Position numbers and translations under genes: made by a program. Below, piece by piece: positions 7,930 to 20,358 of a stretch of DNA of 34,417 nucleotides. Within the stretch, counting starts at the first letter, position 1; every line of letters begins with the position of its first letter. The notes under the pieces were generated by a model. It worked only from the letters and a program-made list of their open reading frames with translations. It was not told the origin of the DNA and made no database searches. Source of the stretch: Hydrurus foetidus. Taxonomy: Eukaryota. The stretch is from contig UYFQ01000179.1 in assembly GCA_900617105.1 (NCBI GenBank), positions 1 to 34,417 of the forward strand, read 5' to 3'.

Positions 7930-10900
7930 ATGTCGTTACTCCCCTATGCTTGCTTCATAGTGGACAGCGTTGAAAGAGTTGGCAACTTTCTCATCGATTT
8001 ACTGGGCTGTCAGGATTTTCAAAGAGAAGCTCTCGAGAAGCCCGTGCATCATCGAATTATTCTCCTTCCTGGTGGATCTTCCATCACTATCGTACAGAGA
8101 AGCAGCTGTGACGAGGCCACTCTGGCTGCTTTCAATAGCTATGCAGTGAAATTCATGTTTGTTGCTGTCGAGGATGTTCAGAAAGTTCGAATTGCTGCAG
8201 CAAAATTAGGGGCACAGATAACGAGAGACGATGTAGCTGACAGAGTCTCAATTTGCTTTCTTGATGGTGTTGATGAGATAATTATTCATGCATTAGACGC
8301 TGAGAAGAGCATGGGGAGTCCGCATGATATGATAATGAGTGCAATGTCCTCCCAAGTGCAAGCCAAAAGTCTTGAAGATGTGGCAGTTGCAGGTATCTAC
8401 ATTAAATCTTTCTGACGAGAATTATGATGTTGATCTGTTTTAAGGGGTCACATCAAGTATCGATAACTTTCGCACAGCTCTCATTTAATTTTTCTTACAA
8501 AGAATAATCAGCCTTTCCCTACTGAAATGAAGTAATTCATTAAATTTTCCAAAATATCACTCCATCTGAATCTATTAAAATCTCAACGGAACTATTTGAA
8601 AGTTTTTACGATCAAGGGATTACTTGTAAGACCCTTTTTTGACTACTTTTAAAATGTGATATAGGTGTAGAAGTCGTCGATAAGGTAAAGAAAATAAATC
8701 GCAATCCTCGTCCAGTCATACCGACAATGTCAGTGTCTGTTTTATCGAACAATTCGAAGAGCTACGTTCCATGCCATCCCAATAGTCGAGAGGTGAGTGA
8801 GTGAGTCACATACTATATTTGTGATGATGTGATCCTTATGTAGTCTTGGAGGATGGCAAGTCACACTGGGCCTGAGACGAGGCTAAACATGTCTAATCCC
8901 TCACCTTGAGGAGTTCACAAGAAACAAGCTTTTTGTTTTATAATTGAGACAAAACTTCTTTGCTGATGTTTTACCCATCATGGCAGCACTGTTGAATAGT
9001 GCGGAGAGACATCGTTCAAGTTGCTGCAAAAATGGATTATTCTCATGTATAACATACAGATAATGCACTGTCACAATAACAGACTAGTTACATAGAATGT
9101 TCAACATCGCGTGAGAGATTTCAAAACGAATAAACACTATCCCTCTCTGATCCGATCCTGCATTGTACTTTAGTATATATACATAGGCCTTAATTATGCA
9201 CTATGTAAGACTCTACATGTACTCCACTGTGATATGTACGTACTGTCTAAGTGCTATATTATAACAGATGCACATGTACAGTACTTTATTATAATGTACG
9301 TACTGCACTATATTATGATCCCTCAAGGCGGTTCCTTTCGAGACGGAGATATTCAAGGGCTTCGCTCTCCTGATATGTCGCACCGATCCCGAAGACCCGC
9401 ACTACAAAAACTTCTTCACTGGAAAGTACGTACGCAGGCAATATTTTGTATTCTGTATTTTGTGTTTTGTATAGTCAGTATTTTTCGCAGAAGTGTTATT
9501 TATGTGGGTCAATGTTTTGTATTAAGATACTCAATGCGAAGCGGTTTATTGTTACTACCGTACACCCAGTGATCATAATATCATTCTATATCATTGAAAT
9601 CTCAAACTGTACTCCCTACGTTCTCTTCGTAGACATTTTATTTCTATTTGTAAAACCGTTTCTTACGCACCGAAAACGAAAACCAAGAACCCACGAGTTT
9701 TCCTTTTCGGAAAGTTTCCGACTGAGAAAACTGAGAAAACAGGATTTTTCTCAGTTTTTTAATCCTCAAAGTTTCCGAAAATGAAAACTCGCGGGTTTTT
9801 GGTTGTAGTTTGGCCTAAATATACACACATTAAGATTTTAATTACTATTATCGTATGCGATTATTCTGTTTCCCTTATTTCGTATTGCATACTAATTTAT
9901 ATAGTACTACTACGTGTTTTTCTCCATAGACGAGTTTTCGAATTACAAGTCCAAGGACAATTTAAAAGACTCCCCATAGGGGAAATAGTTGTGGGTGGGG
10001 AAAGTACAAATAAAATGGAACTGGGATTAATCATGCGATCAGTATGTAAAGCAGTATGTAATTTCGGAAGTACGATAATCAACGATTTGCATTTTTCATT
10101 TGGTGATGTACAAACATTATTAGATTATCAACTTCCGCACATGGCAGCACCACTATTTACAACAATGGATCGTGTCATTGTCACGCCAGAAAAAGGAATA
10201 TTACCAAAAATAGGGGAACCGTTTTTAGAAGATCCGGAATACCGAAAAAAAAGAATGAAATTCAAAAATATAGATGATGCAAATATACAACTCACCAATG
10301 TATACTCCTTTTCTGTTGCATCATCAAATATTGATTTTTGTAAATGGAGTACTGTTGGAATTCCTATGGTTCGATCTATGGACCTTCGGACCATTTGGGG
10401 TGATTCAGATCTAAGACTTGTTGCGTATGAAATTCCCAAAGAAATAAAAGAGAAATATCCTAATAAACACCCTCAGGAAATGGTGAATTATTTATTGAAT
10501 ATAAAGGTAAAAAAGAAAACAAAGTTAAAAATGTATGCCGCGAGAACATATATGTCTGAATGTATGCATGTCTGTCTGTATGTATGTGTGTATGTATGAA
10601 TATATGTATATATGCATGAATGTATGTGTGTATGTATGTATGTATGTATGCATATATATGTATGTGTGTGTGTATGTATGTATGTGTGTATGTATGTGTG
10701 TAGGGGTGTGTGGTGAAGGGATGTAAGTGTGTATGTATGTATGTATGTTTGTGCATACGTACCAATGACGTGTGATATTTCATCCCTGTAATTTTCACGC
10801 ATCTTGTTTTATTGATGACAAGTATTACTTCGGGTAAATTCATCTTTTTATTTGTGCACCCCATCTCACCTCCTCCGCGCCCTTTTCTTGTCCCCCCTCC

Positions 10901-13900
10901 CCTTCTTCATCTTAGCTGCATGGTCTGGACCCCGATAAGCCTGTTGAAATCGCTCTGGATGCTACAGACGAGTACGAAGAGGATGACAAAGAAGACGCCA
11001 TGCAGTCAGCTGAAGCCACTCCACTCGAACACACACCGCGCAGTCACGATCTCACAATTGAAACTCCGTCTGACATAGAGGTGTGTGTGGTGCGATATGG
11101 TGCGGTGTGCTGTAGTGTTATGAAGTGTAGTATGGTGTGATGTGATATGGTGTAGTGTAGTGCAGTGTGATATGACATGGTGTTGAGTGATATGGTGTAT
11201 TGCGGTGCGATGTATTGTAGTGTGATCTGATGTAGTGTGGTGTCATACGGTGTGGTGCAGTATTACATGATGCTGTAAATTTCACTGTTTCTAGATATGC
11301 TCGTACTCCTCCATGATCTGAGTGCTTAACGAAATCCTTCGTATGGCACATTGATTTCAATTAACTTTTTCCCTATGTTCTTATTACAGGTTGCTCACTT
11401 CCCAACTGATGGGGTGTACTACTCTTCCCCCCCTAGAGACAGCTCGAATATGCAGGGGAGAAAGGTCGAGAAATCAGCCAGGGGTGCCAAGCTGTACCGG
11501 ACCTCTAGTGACGATGATGCGGAAGATGATGATGAAGGGGACGGAGATATGGATGGAGATGGGGACGGGGACGAAAATGATAAGAATTCGAGTGTGGTGA
11601 ATGATGAGGAAGAAGAGGATGATGATGATGGAGACGAAGGGTTTGGATTGGATACAGTCACAGAAGCTATGATGCTAGCCAAAATGCAACAAAAACAGAA
11701 CAGAGCTAAAGTAGCACGTAAAGTATCCATGCTCTCCCTTTTACTACCTACAGAGGGGGAGGGGGGACGAGATGGGGGGGACGTTGGGCCAGGGTCGCCG
11801 TCAGGGGGTAATTTCTCACGGAATGTAGGGTCTTGGTTCCGAAGGAGGGTTGGAAAGGGGGAGGATACCCGTGTGGGGGAGGTGAGGGAGAGTGAGGGGT
11901 ACTATCGCACAGACTATGTCATGGAGAGCGAGGGTGACATGCGGTACTGCCCTGCGTGCATTGAAGTTAATGATAGGAGGAGGGATGGGAGGAGGAGAGT
12001 GGTGTATGTCATGCCATGGGGCAATGATGCAGGTACCGCACTGATTGTTGTGACGATTTTAGACGTAGATGCATATCTTCAATCACACAGGCAGACATAC
12101 TGACACACGTCACAGTGTAAACAATTTCACGCCCACACACCTGCTCTATTAACACCCTCTGCATCCATTAATAATTACTCTCAACTTGGACGCAATTTCT
12201 TCAACAAACATACCTCCTCCTCATCCAATGTAAATCTTCCCAATCTAGTCCACTTTTTCTTCGTCTGATGAGAGCAATTTACGGATCAAACATACTCCTG
12301 TTACAGCAAGTACATTTCTTCTCCAACTACCTCTGACCTGTCACTTCTACTCACCTCCTTTTCCCGCTTTCTCTTTTATTAGACGGTCTCCAACCGCGTC
12401 TTCGCTCTTACACGGAGATATCCTCCGCTATCCCGATGCAACCTTTGAGAAAAACGCACAAGACAAAACGTCTATCTATTGAAGAGAAGAAGCGATTGCA
12501 GATTATTGAATCTCATCGCAGTGCCCTACTCACTGGTGGTACGTATGGTGAAGTCCATTATCTGGTTATCTATCCCTCTCCTCCTTCTCACGCCATCACT
12601 GTATCATCCCTATCCTTTTTCTCTCTCCGTTTCTCTCTTTCTTTTTCTTTCTCTCCCTCGCCCTTGCTCACTCATGCACACTATCAACGTCATCCCTACC
12701 CTTTCTATCTTTCTCTTTCTATCAATGCCTCTCTCCCTTTGCATCTAATCCCCATGTCATCCCTCTGATCGTCTCTACACCTGCACTACTACACTCCCTT
12801 TCCCATATCCCCACTCTCCTTCACATTCTGCATCCCCCACTCATCTCCCACACTGCAGGTGGGTTCGACACAACAACTGACGGCTCCATTTCTCCTTTTC
12901 CCGTAAGAGAATCTTCGAACACTCTTCAAGGCTCACTGCCCACTACCTCCAGCACAACTTCGGCCACTACCTCTTTTACTCTTCATTTGAAAGCTCTGTT
13001 AGGGGATGCCAATGATACTGATACCAATTTTCTGGGTGGTTTTGTGTCTGTCAGAAAAGTAAAAGGTGTGTCATTTAGTGTTTGATTGCTAGTCTCTCTT
13101 CTCTTCTCTTCTCCGATTCAATATGATGGTGACTGCACACTGTGAGTCTGTGACATGTTCATCGACGTGTGTTCGTATTATCAGTACCTCCGTCACCGTT
13201 GCGATCATACAAGAGCCTTCCCAGGAAGCGCAATCTGTCTGTCTACGTGCCTGTCTGACGCATCTGTCTGTTCATGTCCTGTATGTACGTAGGTCTCTCT
13301 ATTAGCCTGCTTATCCGTCTGCCTCATCTCGTGCGCATACATTTCCGTTCTGCAGGCAAGGTGGGTCCCGAGCGGTGGGAGGGATCGGTTGCCATGGCGA
13401 CTAGCGGCAGACACTGGACAGAACAAAGCATGCAGGTCAGCACTACCCTATTCTGTTCTATCCTGTCCTCCCCGTCCTGACCTCGCCTATAATATACTCC
13501 CCATCCTGTCCTACTCTATCTTGTCTCATCTTATCTGTCCTTCTTGTCGTGCTCTGTTGCCTTCTCCTGTCCTTCTTGTCTTATCCAGCTGTGTCATGTC
13601 TTGTTCGCCTCACTAGATGGATAGAGGGAATATGTACTTACCTAATATACTGATGTCCTACGTTCCGTAGTGCTCTCTTCCCGTAGTTTCACTCCTATCA
13701 GCAGCTCCATTTCCTGTTAACTCCTACCCCCTACCCCACACACGCACACTCCCCCTCACTATATTTCCCTCTTTTTCCCCCCTCAACTCGTTTCGCTTCT
13801 ACGTGCATCAGATCACGAAGACTGAGGTACTGCTGAGGAAGAATCACGACGCTATCAGAGTCAGGTGAGTGGGAAAAAAGGAGGCGAAGAAGAGGAAGGA

Positions 13901-16900
13901 TGGAACTGAATTGGATCGGATCGGATCGGATGGGATAGGATGAAGCAGGGTGGGAGTGACGGATGAAGGAAGGAGGGAAAAAGAAAGAGCATGATAGGAT
14001 AGGATAGGAAAGGAAAGGAGTATGATATTATTTGGAATGAAATAGAACAAAGGGGTCAACAAAGCTTGCTTCTCTGACTTCAACTCGCTCCTCGTATCAT
14101 GTCTTGCTCATCTCACACCCATGCCAAGTTTACTCTCCCACATTGTACGGGACATTGGTACCTCTTCCCCTCTCCTTACTCTTATCAAAATATCTTGGAA
14201 AGTCATATTTTATTATGATTTCTACGTGCATCAGTCTACGGATTCCGATCAAGAATATTATCAGTGTGAGACCAATGCTAAAAGATGGACTGCCTTTCCC
14301 AGGTAGAACAGAATGGGAATAAGTTAGAATAAGGAGAAGAGTAGAAGACTTCAGTGAGTACTGAATAAAATGCTTTTTCAAGAAAATGAGAATGCCATCG
14401 TGGGAAGTTCTTTTTCTTCTAGCAGTCATACTTGCTGCAATGCCAGCAACGACATCAATCGTTCTTGGCTCGGTATCCATTTACTGTACTCTCGATGTAG
14501 TATAATGCTCCCAACCTTTTATGGTGATTAACTTTCTTAACATCTCTATGATCTTTTTCTCCTTTCTCTGCATGCAGGTTTCTCTTATTTCTACATCGAG
14601 ACTTTTTCAAGGTTGCATTACTTTCTAGTGAGGTCGGACAGACAGCTGCAGGAATGGATCAAAGCATTCGACTGCCTGGACAGTTCAGGCACTCAGGTGA
14701 GATTGGAGATAAGAGGAGGGGAAGAAAGGAGATGAGGGAAGAAGATGAGAAAAGAGGGGAGGAAAGGGAAAAGGCGAGGAGATGTAAAAAGCAAAGGAGA
14801 AAATGAGGGGAGAGGAAAGGAGATATAAAATGACAGAGCAGAGAAAAAAGGGGAGACGTATCGTAGAATAAGAGAAAAGGAGAGTTGGTACTCGTAAATA
14901 ATAGGATAATTTCCCCCCCAATAGATCTCTTCTTCATTTCTCTTACATCTCTTTAAATCATTTTCGTTATTTCTTAGGAACAAGATTTTTATCTAGCAAG
15001 ACCTCCTTGCTGGCGGTGAGAACTTTCTTCAAGAACAGTCTTCGAAAACATTCCTGTGACGCTTTCTTCCTTCCTGTCTTTTTTAGATCACAACTCTCTC
15101 ACTTTCATGGCATCATCTTTTTCTCATAGCCCTATCATATCTCTTCGCTCCTCCTCTCCTTTTCTTCCTCTCATTATCTCCATCTAGACTAGAGAAGAAG
15201 AGACTGTTCAATTGCAGACGTATTCTGTTCTCCTCCAGCGCCACGTCATCAGCTCTTCCTAACGAATTGATGACGTACTTAAACAGACCTGTTGCTTTGG
15301 CAGAAAGGTTTGTTTGTCTGTCTGTTCGTCTGCCTGCCTGCCTGCCTGCCTGATTACTTCACGTATTATTGGCTCATACCAATTTCCAATTTCTGAATCT
15401 GAATCCTATTGAAACTTCTTACCGCTCATTCTTCTTTTTATTTTCTCCTTCACTTTCAGTTTGCTCAAGAAAGTGCTTAAGCTGGCAACTGTTATGTCAG
15501 AACAGATGTTAGGTGCGTCTTCTCAATTCGAATTTCATTGAATAAAGTCCTCCGAGAGGGCTTTGCTTTGCCTGGTACATATTTATCAGTGCATACTGCA
15601 TGTTAAAGTTAAAATTAATCCGATGATGATTTTAGGAAATGTGTATTTCATTGTCAGTATAAGCTGTCAATTGTTTTTGAGTACTAAATGATTAGTCATC
15701 ACTGTACTGTGCAGTCGAACAGTACATGCCATCTGTTCGGTATATTTGCATGCGCTAAACGTACGTGATACTCTTCGTAGTAGGTGAATAGATATAGTAT
15801 TACAGTCTACGACATCGCCAAGCTGATATAGAAGTGTTTTTCAGTGACTATAAAGGCTGAAAATTGATGTCAAATACCAAATAAATCCAATATACTCTCG
15901 AAAATAACAATAAAAAAACTCCACTTTTGCACATTTGACCCAGGATCTTTCTCTGTTGAAGAAACTTCTTTATGGATTGATTTCCTCGATCAATTATCTG
16001 TACTACAAGTGCTGAACATCAGCGTATTGCCGGATAAAGAGAGAGCAGTGTTTCTGCTTAACATTTATCATGTTATGGTAAGTCTTTTTGAGGAGCAATT
16101 ATACGGAAATAATTTTCTTTGTATTCGAAAATGACAGCTGAGATAAAAATTGTATCATCGCACATACATCAAATAAAATTCAATCAGTTCCACTTTACCG
16201 TTCAATTGTGATATCAACTATGGATTATTTTTCAAAGTTGTCTTGAGGTATTCTGATACTGTTCCTATTTATCTAGTACAATGCGAGGATTTCTCTTCTT
16301 GCCCAATTTATCAATCCATACTTCTCTACTTGTATGTCTGATTTTTCAAGCATTTCACTGTTTTCTCCTTTTCCCCTTTTTGATCTCGTTTCCATTCATC
16401 ACGATCTACTCTTCTCCTTTCAACAAGAGCATCTCTCTTTTATTACATTTGATTATCAAGCATAAGATTTGTCATTTAGTTCAATTTCCTATCATCTCAC
16501 ATTATGTATCATCTAATTGAATCATTTCCTCTCTCTTCTGATCTTTATAGGTTATCCACGGATCACTCGTAATGGGTCCCCCCCCTGCCTGGTCCTCTTG
16601 GCCTTCCTTCTTCAACGACATCTCCTACCTCCTCTGCTTCGACATAGTGGGTATCGCTGAGATGGAGCACAACTTACTGAGGTAACTAATTGTATTTACT
16701 GACTTAAACAGTACACCAGCATATCACTGTTTTGTAATCGTTGACCCACAATGTATATCTCATTTTCTTTTACTTCTTCATTTGTTTTATACAATCTTAT
16801 CTTCACATCTGTCCTCCACCATCATTATCTACCATCTAATGTCGTTATCTCTCACCCAACACAATTATACTACATCTAATATTCTTAACTACCATCTAAT

Positions 16901-18891
16901 ATCGTTATCTCTCACCCAATACAATTACATCTCATCTAATATTCTTATCTACCATCTAATATCGTTATCTCTCACCCAAGACAATTATATCTCAACTAAT
17001 ATTCTTATCTACCATCTAATATCGTCATCTCTCACTCAACACAATTATATCTCAACTAATATTCTTATCTACCATCTAATATCAGGGCGGGTATGTCTCG
17101 TCCCTCCAGCTCCCTCTCAAAAGTCCCTTGTCCCCAAACCCTCTATCCAGAAATGGCTCTCACACAGGTACAGTAAAAAAAATTCAATGCTTTTTATTGC
17201 GTTTTAGTATATGTGGTGTGTTTTTTATGTATTTGATTATGTGATATAATTATATTATGCATGTTAACATTGTCACTGTTATCTATGCATTGTATTTGTT
17301 GTAGCATCCGTGTGGCATGATAATTGTACTAGTATAACAACAACACGCGTATTTCATGATAAAATATTCTACAAGTGCGATTACAAATTGCAGCAGACCT
17401 CCTTCCTACTTCTTCTCCCTTTCCTCCCCCTTCCATTTTTCCTCTCCTCTCCTTTCTTCTTATGTCGTATTTATTCATTTTTGTTTCCTGCCGAATTTCA
17501 TTTCTCCCGTTAAAATTAGCGGGATTTCCGGTTTAACTTCTGCATCAATCCGGGCTCTCTGTCCATGTTGCCGTACGTGCCTCTGTACAGCGTGAGCACT
17601 TTCGATGCACAGCTAGACGAGGTGAGGAATGTTTATTACAACACTGATTGTTACACAGATACTTATTAGACAACACTACATTATGTAATGTAAACGATGA
17701 GAGAAATCACACAATACCGTGAGCGATACACCGTAATACAATGCAGTGCAGTATATGCCATGCCATGCAATGCAATGCCTCACAGCAGCATCATGATGCA
17801 TCAAAAATATAATTCCATCACTCTCCCCACTAGAATTCCCATCTCACTTAATGGACCTTGGAACTGATTCCGTAACTTCGTATTCTTCAAATTTTCCTAA
17901 GATGACTTCTCGTTTCTTGGAAGACAGCGTAGAGATCGATTTGACAAGAAGAGTTGTCACCCTCCCCAAATACTGTCACTGGTGCGTGGTGTCATCTTAT
18001 GTCATGTCATGTCATATCTTGACAATACATTCAAGTTTACCCATTCTCTCTCTATTTCCTTCCCTTTCTTTTCCCTCTCTATTTCATTTCCCTCGCCCAT
18101 TCCTTTCCGATTGAATTCGGTATAATGTCATAGGAAACGTTCAAAATTAAGTATCTGGTTCAGCTAATTACCTTTTACCTGTCAGAGAATATACATAATA
18201 ATATACAATCAATTCTGTCATTCACTTTCTCCCTCCCCCCCTATCTTACTCCATGTCCCATCACATCTCCACTTCCGACTTTACTATTCTCTTTTCATTT
18301 CTTTTCTTCTTTAATCTCGTCACAGTTAATTTCTATTCTATTCTCTTCACTTCTCTTTTTTCCATTATTTTTTTTCTATTCTCTACACCTCACTTTCATC
18401 GTACTCGCTTCTCCTTTCATCTCATTTCTTCTCTTCTTTTATCTTCTTACATTTCTTTTCCTCCGTACAGGTATCCCTCTGATTTCTCATCACGGAGATA
18501 CGGGTCAACCAACACACCCACTCCTTACACCGCACAGAATGCAGGGCACGGGGTCAACGGCACAATGACGTCATCATCCGGTATGAATAACACCGGAAAT
18601 ACGGCGAACACGGCTGCCCCTATGAATGGCCCCCCTCCCACTCCTATCGACTGCTTGAAAGTTTTAGTGCATTATTTGAGAAGAGAGGAAAAAGAAAAAG
18701 TGCTGCACTTGTTGTTCGAAAGTAGTCCCCCCGCAGTGAAGTACAAAAAGTTCACCTACAGATGCCGTACTTTAATATCGGAGAAAGATTACTTTAAAAA
18801 AGCTGCGCCTAGTTGGAACCATACCGGGCATGACGGAATCCACGGCAGCCACGGTACGAGTTCAGAAGAAAAAGAACCAGTAAGCATTTGA
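7930..18891 (+). CDS. 21-exon gene, ~1305 aa: VOC/glyoxalase-like N-terminus, DUF1769, acidic linker, PH-like domain, DUF547
   Basis: GT-AG exons 7930-8392, 8665-8792, 9328-9425, 9930-10506, 10916-11080, 11390-12032, 12383-12538, 12859-13065, 13356-13435, 13812-13864, 14235-14302, 14578-14696, 14978-15015, 15188-15307, 15460-15512, 15944-16077, 16551-16681, 17086-17167, 17520-17621, 17902-17981, 18471-18891 give 3918 nt with all phases compatible. Motifs: PFETEIFKG...FFTGKRVFELQVQGQF (DUF1769-like), LQEWIKAF (PH helix), ERAVFLLNIYHVMVIHG...EMEHNLLR...DFRFNFCIN...VTLPKYCHWYPSDF (DUF547-like). Confidence 0.88.
9675..9815. mobile_element. MITE-like imperfect inverted repeat in intron 3
   Basis: AACCAAGAACCCACGAGTTTTCCTTTTCGGAAA (9681-9713) pairs with TTTCCGAAAATGAAAACTCGCGGGTTTTTGGTT (9772-9804). 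Confidence 0.55.
10560..10752. repeat. Intronic (TATG)n/(TG)n microsatellite
   Basis: Degenerate TATG/TGTG runs. Confidence 0.9.
11081..11272. repeat. Intronic degenerate pentanucleotide microsatellite (GTGAT/GTGTA-like)
   Basis: Visible 5-nt periodicity. Confidence 0.8.
16824..17083 (+). repeat. 60-bp tandem repeat, ~4.3 copies, ending at a splice acceptor
   Basis: ACCATCTAAT recurs at 16831, 16891, 16951, 17011 and 17071. Confidence 0.93.
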
Positions 18892-20358
18892 GGTCACTGG
18901 AATATATGACAGAATTATATGATATATAATTGCACTATGGTGCAATGCGCTACTGTGCTGAAGTGTAAGGCTACTCGAACTGCTCTGGAATATGAAGGTA
19001 CAGGGTCTTCATATTTACCATCCGATCGCTCTTGAGATGTATGTGGGTTGAGAAGAGGAAGAGGAAGAGGGAGAGGGAGAGGGAGAGAGGGTAGTGGCGG
19101 TCATCGTTACGAAGTGCAGTAAGTGTTGCTGTAGGAGTTAGGGTGTATACGTGAGGCGAGGACTATGTTGAAGTAAGGGGGGTCAGATGCAGCAACAGCT
19201 CTCAGGCAAGCCACAGATGCTGCTCATAGTGATCACTATGGAGGATGTGCTGATCGTGCCCTGCCCTTGCTGCTTCCCGGCCGCGTTGCCTAGAACTTAC
19301 AGACTGACAGGCAGTCAGATGTTAAGTGAGCGATGTGTGGAATAGGAATCCACGTAACGCAAGTTAGGCAAACACGTTGCACAGTCAATTAGATGGACGA
19401 GGCGGCAGAACACACAGGCACACATGCAAACACAGAGGCACACAGACAGAATGCAGACAGACAAACAGGCAGATACACGTACATACAGGAAGACACACCC
19501 ACAGACAGCATGCAGACAGGCAGACACAGACTCGCAGACACGCATAAACACATTTAACACCTACACAGACACATGCAGGTATTTACAGACACACACATGA
19601 ATATAATACTCGTACTTTGCTCCACCCTCAACTCTCGGATCCCTCTTTTACCCCCGGATCGGGTTCTTATCGATTCTCCATCCGCATATCTGCACAGAAA
19701 CTCTTCGAGCCATATTCTGTTAGCTTTCACTAGGCGATCGAGACCACACTTACGTAATTACTTTTCCACTTTATGATTGGGTTTCCAGGAAACCGTTATT
19801 CTGTTTCGCGGATTCTCCCTGTTTGCTGTTTACCGATATTGCACAGTAAACAGTTGAACTTATCTTTATGCTTGTAATATAAGTTCTTCGCCTTATCTTG
19901 ATATCTTTAGAGTCATTTATCCGCGTTTTAGAGTCATTTTATCGAAAGATACGTTGGGTGACGTAAGTGATATGATGTAAAAGTATTCGACAGTTGTTTA
20001 CCTTGTCAATTTATGTACATATCTTCATACTGGGATCGAACACCAGACCCGTTAAATGGTAGCTACGTCACTAAAAACTGTACGTGCCAAAAACTGCACC
20101 CCACGCGTGCATGTGCTTCACGTGCCGACGTAGGATTTATCTCCCACTTCCCACTTCCCACTCACTCATATCTCACAAACTATCGACGACTTCCTAGATG
20201 AAACTGAGCAAAACCTTCTCAAAACTTCGCTGTCGCCGTCACATCGGGAGTTCAGACTCCTATATCGTCTCTGTCTAAGAAATTTGCGGAAGGCTGCTCT
20301 TTGAAAATTACGAATTCAATTACCTTGATTATCAATGAATTTTTGAGCGAAGTCAGCC

